A DNA stretch of 64,000 bases from Zancudomyces culisetae HAW-14-8 (taxonomy: Eukaryota; Fungi; Kickxellomycota), in the NCBI GenBank assembly GCA_052426225.1, contig JBNJNM010000007.1, positions 248,001 to 312,000 on the forward strand. The letters run 5' to 3'. The notes beneath the pieces are model-generated. The model had not been told where the DNA came from. It was given only the letters and a program-made list of their open reading frames with translations, and did no database searches. Both the position numbers and the translations under genes were made by a program. Shown here piece after piece: positions 23,924 to 34,801 of this stretch. Every line of letters starts with the position of its first letter. Position 1 is the stretch's first letter.

Positions 23924-24046
23924 TTACAAATACAAGCAGTTGGGGATTGGCAAACAATAAACTGCAGCCAACTGTTGAGTTTGTTTGGTTGCGGATGGTG
24001 ATGGTAGAGGCTGTAATTGGTTCTGGTTTGGTTTTGAATTTTCCAT
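23924..24046 (-). CDS. Putative 40-aa small ORF ending in a CaaX-like motif (CLYL)
   Basis: ATG at 24046, TAA at 23924: MENSKPNQNQLQPLPSPSATKQTQQLAAVYCLPIPNCLYL. A/C-rich leader; no homology evidence. Confidence 0.25.
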   Translation of the reverse strand: MENSKPNQNQLQPLPSPSATKQTQQLAAVYCLPIPNCLYL

Positions 24047-26154
24047 TTATTTGATTTTCCAAATGTGTTTTGTGGCTTTGGCTGAAAATGACTGCTTCTT
24101 GCTTCAATTTTGGATAATATTGTTTATTTATTTTTAGTTTATTTTTATTTAAAAAGGTGTGATGTATGTCTCCGAGAATGGCTCGTTTGCGATGGTCTTC
24201 TGTTTATAAATCACAAGGAATACTTGATAGCAGAGAAGTGGGAAAATCAGCTTATTAAAGGAAGGAAGGGATTAAACCGTGTTCTATAGTAACCTCGGAA
24301 GACGACTGTCGACATGAAAACAAATATTTATTTTTCAAGAAAAGGTTTATTGAGTTTACGCGAATGGTTGAGTTTTATCTAAAAACGTGTACAAAACACT
24401 CAATAATAATGTTGATAGGTGATTTCGTTGATGAAAGCACTGATTAAACTGATTATTAGAAAGAGTGAACTTGTATCATAATATGTACATCCAAATTAAT
24501 AAAGGAGAAAAGGAAGTAGGGGAGGAAGTAGGGGAGAGGAAGTGGAGGAGAAAAACAAAGGAATAGGACTTTCTTTGTTGATGAGCCATTGATCTGATAA
24601 TCAAGTATCGATAGGGTCATGATACTGTTTAAATTTTATTTGCAATATTCTGGTTCAGTGCGGTCAAGCAGACATGGTATGGTCTGTGATTTGTAGTCTG
24701 TGATCTGTTGAACACTTCGGCCTTTGCGTATCGTAAAGTCTACTTTTATAAATACCTAGTTCTTTTAGTACTATTCGTATACCCACGTATACCAGCTCTT
24801 GAATAGTTTATTAAAGGTATTTAACTCGTGGATAATAGAATACATAGCAACTACCACAAGCGCTTCTCATTTGATCAATTGTCAGATATATCTGTTGGTG
24901 GTCGCAATAAAAATATTTTTGCTTTGGGCGTCTAGGTCCGTTTTGTTCCATAGTTAGTTGATGGGTATGCTTACAACCGCTTGTTTTTTTGTTTTTTTGT
25001 TGGTTTGTTTTTATTTTGTTTTGTTTTGTCTTGTTTTACTATCAATATTGGGAATAAAGATGTTTGGATATTTTTAGTAGTCGAGACCAGAGTTAGGTAG
25101 ATTCATGGTATTTTATATACAACAGGATGTCATCATATTATCTTGACCGCAATAGCCTTACATTTATCAAACGTTCAGTGAGGATGTACATATATCAAGT
25201 ATCAAGTGGTTGTGGTCCAGTTAATGGTGTTGATACCTTGAATATTCACAATGGTTTTTTTGAATGCTGATGTAAATAACTCGTGAAATAAATCTATTGT
25301 AATCATCATATTTGATTTAATGTTCGGGTAGTGGCAAATATATGTATGTATATATATGGGTCTCATTAATACAATTTCGGAGTGTAGGTAAAGTATCTAA
25401 AAAAAATAACATTTGATAAATATTTAATAATGTTATAAATGACGATATAAGAGCAAACCGAATTTCATTATAGTTGATGTGTAAAGCTGAATATATTATT
25501 TGGTTTTTATTTATAAAAGATGATCTATATTTATCAATGTACATTGATACACACTTCATTTTGATATTAAATTTGTACATATATTCTGTAGTGTTTACTG
25601 AAGTGATTTAGAGTGTATCTAATTGATTTGACTTTTTAGTGAAACGCTATTTGTATTGTTCAAATACACAAGCTCATAAGCGAATAGAAAAAAAAAAGGT
25701 CACCACCTAACTAACTCTTCATATTTTTATTTTTTTTATCATGACTTTCTAATCCCCTTGTACTTAGCAGGGAGTGCACTATTTTAACAATAATCTGATA
25801 TTAAAAAAAATGGAACAACATAAATGCAGTAGCAGAGTATTTTGGTGTAAACTATCTCTAACTAGTTATTAGGTGATTTTGGCAAGTTTTGGGTTTGTTT
25901 TCCATCTAAGTGCCACAAATTTTTATTCTGGAAATGAAAATTGGTTGACAAAGACAAAAAATAAAAATAAAACGAAAAATATAGATAATAATAAGCTCTA
26001 GATTTTACAAATCAAAATAAAAATTTTTTCAGTAGTTTTGTTTATAAATTCGGGTAGAGATTTGGTTGGCAAGAGACATCCAAACCAAACTAAAATTAAA
26101 GAAGGGATAAAGAGGCCATAGACAAAGGGGAAAAGGGAAGGGAGAAGAGTGGAA

Positions 26155-28608
26155 ATGAAAGAAATCGAAGAAAAAGAACAAGTGACGCAGGCTGTGGTGA
26201 TTGCTGATTTGGAGACAGAGACATACGGGCCGCTGGTAATCAACCGGCCCAAATGCTTGCTTCCGATTTGTCAGATCCCTATGATTGAATATGTATTGGA
26301 GTTTTTGAGTGTGTCGAAAATCCAGGAAGTTTACATTTATATAAATCGGAGATATGCAAAGAAACTCTCGGATTATTTAAATAACAAGAAAAATAAAAAT
26401 GGCAGCGGAACTGGAACAGGTAATGACGGGGAGGGGTGGAACAGAGGAATGATGAAGGTCAAAGTGTATAGAACAGAAGAAGGGGAAAAGACAACTGGAG
26501 ATGTGCTGCGGTTGGTAGATGGACAAGGTGTGATCAAGGGGGATTTCCTACTGCTTACGTCGAATGTGGTAGCAAACATTGATATGAATGAGGCGATACA
26601 GCGGCATTTGGAGCGTAAGAGGGCTAAAGATAAGAGTCAAATAATGACGATGGTGGTGAAGCAGGCACAGCCAAGACACCGAATGCAACAACAAAACGGA
26701 GAAGAAACGGTATATTTTATCAACCCGGGGAACAGCAAATTGGTGCACATTGAGAGCTACGAGCGATTTCCGTATAGTAAACGGAGACAAATACAAGTAC
26801 CAAAGCAGGTGTTTGAGGATGCAGGCAGAAACAAGGAGATCCTGGCGAGGGGTGATTTGGTAGACAGTGGGATAATGATATGTTCGGTGGAGGTACTAGC
26901 GCTGTTTACAGAAAATTTCGACTATGGTAGTATGAAGCAGGAGTTTGTGCGAGGGATTTTGACATCTGAACTGCTTAGTTCGTCGATATATGTGGATGTG
27001 GTGGACGAAAACATCAAGTACAAAGAAGAGTATATGGAGTGTGGTGGGGGATGTCGGTATGCGGCACGAGTTGGGGGTACAAAGAGCTATCAAAATATTA
27101 ATCGGGATGTGATATCGCGATGGAGCTACCCGATGACTGCAGAAAAGATGAAGGGATACAGATCAGTTCTACGAGGGCAGATATATTTGGGAAACAATGT
27201 GGTAATGAGCCGGAAGAGTATAGTGAAGAGCCGAACAGTGATTGGGGACAACAGTGAGATTTGTGATGGGGTGGTGGTTAATGAGAGCGTCATTGGAGAA
27301 AACAGCACGATTGGAGAAGGCAGTGAGGTTCAAGGGGCGATACTGTTTGATGGAGTCAGAATTGGGGAGCGATGTGAGGTTGTGGACAGTATTCTAGGAA
27401 ATAACGTAGTACTGCTACGGGGTGTAAAAGTGGGGACTGGGTGTATTATTGGAGATAATGTAGTGTTGGGACCAAACATAACACTGGAAAAAAACACAAA
27501 AATATATTACGACATAAATGAAAAGATGGCAGTGGATAAAGCGTTGGTTGGGAATGAGGGGAAGGGATATTTGTTTAGCAAAATGCGGAAACTAAGAGTA
27601 TCTGGTACAGATAGTGAGATAGAAGATGGCAGTGAGGAGGAAGAAGAAGAAGAGGAAGAGGAAGAAGAGGAGTACTGGGACGATGAGGAGGAGGAAAAAG
27701 ATGAGCGAAATACACTAATTGAGCAGATTGGAAACAGGCTTGGAATAGAGGTCGCGGATGATGAAGATGATGATAGCGATGAGGATGAGGATGAAATGGA
27801 GAGTGAAGAGGATGAGGACGGAGAAGAGGATGATGAATATGAAGAGGAGAATCAAAGCGTAATGCGGCATAATGGAGCCCACAAGAGCCGAAAGGAAAGC
27901 AAAGAGGGGCAAGACTTTGCTCGCGAAGTCGAGCTAACGTTACAACGTGCATTTGAGGAGAATATCGAGGTGGAAACGGCGATGCTGGAACTCAACACAT
28001 TGCGAATGGCGTACGACGGAGATTTTGGAGTGATGCGGCGTGCGATTATCGGATCGCTTGCCAGCCAATTTTGGAATGGACCATTTGATTCCGCTCAACC
28101 CAGTAGTACCATTGCGGTAACTACGCGCAAAATGGTGGCAGATATCAATGAATCCATAGAACAGTGGGGTCTGTTGCTCAGTAAATCAATCCACGAATAT
28201 AGTGATCAAATCGACGTGCTGGATATTATTGCAGCGTATATTCATTCTGTGGATGTCGATCCGATGGTTCAGCCGAATATCACCGGTGCACCCGGCAGTA
28301 ATTCTGTAGCTACAAAACGAGCATTGTTGGCCAAAATGATGTTTTTTGTGTTTAAGCAATTATACGAACACGACATTTTGGACGCTGATAGCATAGCCAA
28401 TTGGTATTTGAGATACAAACGCATTTCTGATGATGAAGACGAAGACGAGAGTGATGATGGTCAAGAAAAAGCTCCGTTTATTAAACACCACGAGTTTCTC
28501 GATGACGAGTATATAAACATTTTGGACGGATTTATTGAAATTTTATTAGAAGAAGATGATGAAAGCGAGGAAGAAGGGGATGATGATGATGATGATGAAA
28601 GTGATTAG
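26155..28608 (+). CDS. GCD6: Translation initiation factor eIF2B epsilon subunit, intronless
   Basis: QAVVIAD...PKCLLPIC, ALFTENFDY, hexapeptide left-handed beta-helix repeats, an acidic linker, and a W2 domain (LELNTLRMA, LYEHDILDADSIANWY). First ATG at 26155. Confidence 0.95.
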   Translation: MKEIEEKEQVTQAVVIADLETETYGPLVINRPKCLLPICQIPMIEYVLEFLSVSKIQEVYIYINRRYAKKLSDYLNNKKNKNGSGTGTGNDGEGWNRGMMKVKVYRTEEGEKTTGDVLRLVDGQGVIKGDFLLLTSNVVANIDMNEAIQRHLERKRAKDKSQIMTMVVKQAQPRHRMQQQNGEETVYFINPGNSKLVHIESYERFPYSKRRQIQVPKQVFEDAGRNKEILARGDLVDSGIMICSVEVLALFTENFDYGSMKQEFVRGILTSELLSSSIYVDVVDENIKYKEEYMECGGGCRYAARVGGTKSYQNINRDVISRWSYPMTAEKMKGYRSVLRGQIYLGNNVVMSRKSIVKSRTVIGDNSEICDGVVVNESVIGENSTIGEGSEVQGAILFDGVRIGERCEVVDSILGNNVVLLRGVKVGTGCIIGDNVVLGPNITLEKNTKIYYDINEKMAVDKALVGNEGKGYLFSKMRKLRVSGTDSEIEDGSEEEEEEEEEEEEEYWDDEEEEKDERNTLIEQIGNRLGIEVADDEDDDSDEDEDEMESEEDEDGEEDDEYEEENQSVMRHNGAHKSRKESKEGQDFAREVELTLQRAFEENIEVETAMLELNTLRMAYDGDFGVMRRAIIGSLASQFWNGPFDSAQPSSTIAVTTRKMVADINESIEQWGLLLSKSIHEYSDQIDVLDIIAAYIHSVDVDPMVQPNITGAPGSNSVATKRALLAKMMFFVFKQLYEHDILDADSIANWYLRYKRISDDEDEDESDDGQEKAPFIKHHEFLDDEYINILDGFIEILLEEDDESEEEGDDDDDDESD

Positions 28609-28690
28609 TATATAAAATAGCCAGCTTTTAATTAACTAATATATGTTTACGCAAAAATTAATAAACGTCACCAAATAAAAGAAATTTTCT

Positions 28691-30184
28691 CTAAACAAAA
28701 GAAATTGCCAATTCAAGCGTCCATACACGTCGACACCATAGCTTGACGTCTATCCGCAACCCCTCTTCTCCTTCCTCTCCGCCATTTCCACCCACGTTAC
28801 TCTTTCCCAGGTTGACGTTCCTACGTTCCCACCAACACTTGCGCGCAGGTTTTTTGAAAAACAAAAATAGTTTTTGCGAAACCGAACTCACACCACCGCC
28901 AATATCATCATCATAGCTACTACCACTACTACTCCCTACCGAATTCTGGATAATTGGCTGCATTGCTACCAGAGATAAACTGCTAATACTCATCCGATTG
29001 TCCTCGAGCTTGCGATATCCCCACCGGCTCTGTAAATTGAACCCACTACAACACAGCATCTCTATTAGCTGTTGCTCTACTCCCCCCGATCCTGCCCCCG
29101 ATCCTGGTTCCAATCCTGGTTCCAATCCCAACTCCAGGTTTGCATCATTACTACTGACACTTCCACTTATACCATCTTTATTGGCGCCCCCATGTATAAT
29201 CGAACTAAGTCCTTCAAATACCAGATCTGACTTTACGAGCAGCTCTCCACATTTAGTCTTTGCTCCTTCAATATAGTATCCGTTTACATTTCCTATGTCT
29301 CCTTTACACTTTCCGCTATTAGGAATCACAAAATATTCTAAATCCTCCTTCAACATTATTACCGCCTTTTGTCTAGACCCTATTCCAATTCCCAATCCCA
29401 TGCCACCCGCTATCTTGTTGTACTCTGCTTGCCGTGAGTTCATTTCTTCCCATTCATTGCTACCATCCTCTTCTTTAATAATACTTTCTTTATAAAACCT
29501 AAACACATACTCTAACAGACCTACATCTACATCCACCCAGTAAAATTCTATTGGAGCCAACACTCTACTTCTTCTCTCGCTCTCGTCTTGCGCTTGTTGC
29601 TCTTCGCTGTCTTGTATGACCTTGTTTGGCTGTGCATTGTTGCTGCTTTCTGTACAGGTATCAGTATCTTTTGATTTTGACTTTTTTTTTGTCTTTGTTC
29701 TAGAGCCTTCGTTGCCTGCTAAATGTTCTCTAATCGCTCCTGTTGAATATTCGGTTTCCAGATCCACCCTGGCAGTTCCCAAGAGCCCTCCTCCTCCCAT
29801 TCCCCCCATCATACCACTACCGTCATTTCCACGTCCCCCTCCACTTACTCCGGCCGCCGGAAACATCATTGCGAGCAGTGTTTCGGGAAATCCGTCAAGG
29901 ACTTGTTTATCCAGCACATATTTTCTACCTCGAATATCCAGTCCGATTTTATCTCTAATGCCGTCCCTACCACCATCCCTACTGCTTCTACCTGAATTAT
30001 CGCCCTGGTTATTACGATCGTGGTTGTTGCTACTGCTCTTTTGCAGGTTGGGATCAAATGAGCCTGCTGAACCAGCATATCCGCCTAAATTTACATTGCC
30101 CAAATCTTCTTCCTCGCCTTCTGCCCTGCTACCATACCCTGCGTACGCCTGTGTAGGTATGGCTGATGTAATTGGCGAATTCAT
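28691..30184 (-). CDS. WHI2: Whi2-like general stress-response / phosphatase-activator protein (BTB-like)
   Basis: LDIRGRKYVL...FPETLLAMMFP, IMLKEDLEYFVIP, EQQLIEMLCCSGF, KLFLFFKKPARKCWW, VKLWCRRVWTLEL. Confidence 0.88.
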   Translation of the reverse strand: MNSPITSAIPTQAYAGYGSRAEGEEEDLGNVNLGGYAGSAGSFDPNLQKSSSNNHDRNNQGDNSGRSSRDGGRDGIRDKIGLDIRGRKYVLDKQVLDGFPETLLAMMFPAAGVSGGGRGNDGSGMMGGMGGGGLLGTARVDLETEYSTGAIREHLAGNEGSRTKTKKKSKSKDTDTCTESSNNAQPNKVIQDSEEQQAQDESERRSRVLAPIEFYWVDVDVGLLEYVFRFYKESIIKEEDGSNEWEEMNSRQAEYNKIAGGMGLGIGIGSRQKAVIMLKEDLEYFVIPNSGKCKGDIGNVNGYYIEGAKTKCGELLVKSDLVFEGLSSIIHGGANKDGISGSVSSNDANLELGLEPGLEPGSGAGSGGVEQQLIEMLCCSGFNLQSRWGYRKLEDNRMSISSLSLVAMQPIIQNSVGSSSGSSYDDDIGGGVSSVSQKLFLFFKKPARKCWWERRNVNLGKSNVGGNGGEEGEEGLRIDVKLWCRRVWTLELAISFV

Positions 30185-32018
30185 TTGTGGTTTTTCTCGC
30201 TATCCTTTTTTGTTTCCTTTTCTTTTTCCTTTTCACCAGAGGTAAAGGGTGTAGTGTTTCTATTTATGTCGACTACATTACCAACAACAAAAAAATATAG
30301 AAAAAATTTTCTGTTTTAGCCACTATCACTTTGGTAACAATACAATCCATTATGTGCCCAAAATAAATTAGGCTTGTCTATTTTATGCCGTTTTACGTAA
30401 ATTCTCATGTTTTTTCGTGCCTTTTTCTTTCCCTTTCAAATTTAGTGCTATTTTGAAAAATCATTCAATAACTGCATCTACTAAGCAATATAAAATAGGA
30501 TCAAATAAAAAACCGACATCTCAAAAGGATTATGGCTTTAATGAGTAACTGGCCATTACAGCAACTACCAAAGCTAACGTGTATTTAAAATGACATCTCG
30601 CTTGCACATACTCCAAGATAGTTTTTGGTTAAAGAAAGTATAAACACCTCTCTCTCACCGTTAATTGTCTATATAATCCAAGTAATGTGGTTATAGATAC
30701 CCAGGATGAACGAAAAAGGGAAACCCAGAAAAGGCGATTTTTTGTCTCCATCTGCCGCTATGTTCGTATATCTGTAAAAACGGTATGTGATATTAATAGG
30801 CTGGGTACCCGAGATTGAAGTAGGTTATTTTACTAGAGCACCTCAGTATTTGCAGTTTTATCATTATTATTTTTTTTCTCTGATCAACAAACTTTGGCTT
30901 AGTACATTACCAGATTTCTATAAATAATGGAGTAAAATTGTTGGGTAGCCAAAAACACATTTGTAGTACAAGGAAAAGCGTATTTCCAACTGCAAAATAA
31001 TAGAGTAGTGTGTGTACAAGAGTGGTATTTAGAGAGAGATAAAAAATCATTCAGGCTGAACTTGGTATTAGTACCAGACTACAAAATATATTCATGATAT
31101 TATCCTGTACACATTTTACCCAACACACATTTCATCCACTTGGTCAAGGGAGTTTTTTTTTTTCCACTTTTCTTCTCATTAAAGTAATAACCTCTCAAAT
31201 TACCTCCTTATACGTGGGTTTATTTTCTACCAGATTTCACAAACGTTGGACACAAACAAGGTCATTCAAAACAAAGTATATATTGGGTTGTTCTCTTTCC
31301 TCATTTATACCTCACTCCCCTTCCCCTTCCCCTTCCCCTTCCTCTTCTCAAAAAAGAAATCTATATTTTCTGGAATAATAAAAAAAAGCACCCCACTTAT
31401 TGTGTCTTTCAGTGCCTCGTTTAAAACCCATTAGTTAACACAACTTATCTTTGTTAATTTTGTTAGTTTTGTATAGAAAAGGAGAATAATCAGAAATTCA
31501 AACTATAAGCGCAATTGAAGTTGATATCATACACTCAACCTATTTTTTCTTTTTTGCCTTAATAAATTTTAGCTAATGAATGGCCAAACTCACCAAAAAA
31601 AACAAATGCTCAATAAACCCGTTTGATGGTTAAATGTGACACCAATATTGAGTTTACATGCACGCTCTTTTTCAATTAAACCAAATAAATAAATATGCTC
31701 TTACATAAACAAATAAAACAAAATAAACTGGTGAAGATTTCTCGCAAAAAATTTCCCCTAAGTTTGAACAAACACATTTCAAGATAAACTCTCCCAAAAT
31801 TGTTTGGAGTTTCTGATACCGCTTTACACATTTGTTTGTAAAAATCAGCAACACCTTTAAAGAATTACCTAGTTTAATGATATTAACCCAATTTGCTTCC
31901 GCATCAATTTAGATATCTTTTAGTAGACATTATAAACTTGCTCTTAATTTGGTTTATCTTATTTCCAATTTAATAATTTAATAAAATATTTCGTATAACA
32001 ATAGAAAAACTAAACATA

Positions 32019-34176
32019 ATGATGCTTGGGAGACCACATCTCAAATCTGTTGCCCGCGTCCTCCCAAAACTATTTTACAGCTCCACCGCGGCACAAACTA
32101 GCATTGGCGCAGCAAACGAACGGATTAGAAGATCGCTGTTTTATGGTAAATCCCGCTTTTGTCTAACTCGCTCAATATTTTAGTCAAAGAAAGCATGTTA
32201 AAACATAGAAATGTTGTTCTCATCCAAACCATTCTCTACATAGTGCCTGTTAGTGAGGAGAAAAAAATCCAAAAATCTTTAAAAAGCAAAGCCGACTGTA
32301 TAATCTATGATATGGAAGATGGCGTCTCAATAAACAGAAAAGGGAAAGCCAGAGAACTTGTTCTTACAGCATTACAGGTAGTGTGTCTCTTTCAACTAAC
32401 TTGGAATTAAAAAAAATGGTGTTTATTATCTTTTAGTTTAGCACTCTTTCAACTTTTTTGCTTTTGTCATCTGCAGATTGCTGTAAGGTAATATATGCTA
32501 CATGATATATTGATCAATTGTTATGTTTATGAAATTAGAGTGATAGAGACCACAAAGCTGACTTGGCTGTCCGAATTAACTCGGTTGGATCAGGTAACAA
32601 AAAAATACCGCTATTTTATGATTTTAGATATGCAAACATTACTCCTACTAAACGGAATGTAATACACAGAGAAACAATCCATTATCTGCAATCATACTGC
32701 TGCAATCATACTGCTGCAATCATACTGCTGCAATAAACGCATAAAATAATAAGAATTAAATGTAAACATTTAGGCTTAGAATTGGATGATTTACAAGTCA
32801 TAGTAAGTAACACATTTATCCACTTTACTTTTTAAACACTACTCGCCCTCTCTTCATAAGGATCAATTTTATGTATATATGGTAATCTCAACATTATTAG
32901 CTTTATTGAGGGGGCAGAGAGAGGGGAAAACGTTCAAACAATAACCCATGCTATAAATCGATCAAAATAGCTCCAATCGAAAAAACTTGATACTATCATA
33001 GTACCAAAAGTTCAATCAGCCCACGAGATAAATTTTGTAGCTCAGACTATAGATCTTATGGGATCGGAGGCCCAGTAAGTATCAGTTGTATTTTATGGAA
33101 AAGCCGTGTATCTATCATGTTACTTTCAAACAGTTGTTCAAACCACATGAAAAAAAACCATAAAACTTTTTTATACCAAAATTCATAGCCGAAACAACAT
33201 AAAGCTAGTTGCGTGTGTTGAAAGTGCATTGGGAATCATGAATCTTAAAGAAATAGCTACATGTAATTCCAAGGTTGATGCATTGCTGGTAAGTATTCTA
33301 GAAATACAGTACATTTATCTAACGAATTTTACAACTTGTCATCTTTCCGGGAAAAAAGAGTTAAAAAAGTTAAAAAAAAAGGAGGTTAAACCCGTTCCAG
33401 TGATGTTGAAATAATAATGATAATGTAGTTTGCAGCAGAGGATTACTGTTCGGATACAGAAATAGTCAGAACACCAAGTAGAGCCGAACTGTACTATGCT
33501 AGATCTGCCGTCTCCACAGCTGCACATGCTTATGGCCTACAAGCGATTGATATGGTGGGTAGTAACATCAACCTTAGTAACTATACGCACCAGTTTTCTT
33601 TATTTTTTCTTTGGATATATTTGCTTATGTTTAATGATGCGAAATAGGTGTGCATGGATTTCAAAGATACAAATATTTTGACCGATGAATGTTTAGAGGG
33701 GGTTAGAATGGGTTTTACTGGAAAGGTACGTTAGTTTTATGCCATTTGCTTTTATCTCCTTTTTTCTTGTTTGCTTTCCCTCGAAGTTTAAAAGCTAGAC
33801 GATGCGGATGATATCATACACCAATAGCAAGTAATTCACCCCGATCAAGTTGATATCGTTCAAGAATGCTTTTTACCAAGACCAGAAATCTTAACCAGAG
33901 CTCTAAGAATTGTTAGGGGATTTGAAAAGGCAGCTGCTTTGGGAATCGGTGCATTTGATCTAGATGGGAAGGCGTAAGTTTTTTTTCAAGTTTTTTCTGT
34001 TTTCCCTATATTCAACCCCATTATGTTGGTTTTTTTATATTGCGGCTATACGAAACATGTCTACTGTTATAAATAGAATCGACATGCCAGTAGTGAAATG
34101 GGCACACAAAATCATCCACCGTGCCAAACTGGGTGGAATCGATATAGATTCCTTTGCAAAAGACCTTAAACACTAG
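32019..34176 (+). CDS. Citrate lyase beta-like protein (CLYBL/CitE, HpcH/HpaI family), mitochondrial, about 10 exons
   Basis: Spliced motifs RRSLFY|VP, DCIIYDMEDGVS, LAVRINSVGS|GLELDDL, IVPKVQSA, ACVESALG, FAAEDYCSD, QAIDM|VCMDF, GFTGK|QVIHPDQV, DGKA|IDMPVVKWA. Confidence 0.9.
32686..32734 (+). repeat. 14-bp tandem repeat (CTGCAATCATACTG)x3.5 in an intron
   Basis: Three perfect copies plus CTGCAAT, read directly. Confidence 0.9.
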
Positions 34177-34801
34177 TTTTTTTATGTAGCTTTTGCAATA
34201 TCCATCATATAAATTGCTATTATCTGTGTTTCTTTTTCCTTGAATAAAAAAAGAAAAGAAAATATATATCGAACTCTAGAAAGCTTATGTGCTTGCTCCT
34301 GCTTCTTGTTCTTGTTTCCTCTCTTGTTTTTTGTCTTTCTCATTTCACTACTCTACCCTCTCCTTACCACATCTATTACAAATCCTGATCGATAGTAGCA
34401 TCAATTCACAATGTAATCCAATCAAAACTAAAACCAGCTTGGTTTGGCTGTGCTAAAAAAGACAAGACATCCAAAAATCGATGATAATAACGCCTACAAA
34501 TCCCGTAGTTGATTTTTTTTTCTCGCTCCATCATCCCATTTATTTTTGGTCAATCAGCTCTTTGAACGGAAATCCACTTTCATGATAACATTCTACATTT
34601 TACGATTGGAGAGATTGAGGTCCAAAAACACATAAATATTGCCACAACTCCAAACCTCTCTTACCACCACCATTATATTTGATTTGATTTATTTTCATTT
34701 AGCATTTATACCCAATAACTCGACTAAACTGTCCAGAAGCTAAGAAGAAAGTCACTATTCGGACTACGCCAGGTTTATATTTTCTAAAACCAACTAAAAA
34801 A

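Noticed and set aside
29616-30245. 209-aa plus-strand ORF, and similar long antisense ORFs (51865-52635, 27575-27952, 43814-44230)
   Set aside because: These are shadows of well-supported genes on the opposite strand and have no recognisable motifs.
32686-32734. Direct repeats considered as CRISPR-like
   Set aside because: They are head-to-tail with no spacers, inside a eukaryotic intron: a minisatellite.
33971-33980. Apparent GC donor (AAG|GCGTAAG) in the CLYBL-like gene
   Set aside because: A normal GTAAGT donor two bases later gives the correct frame (DGKA-IDMP).
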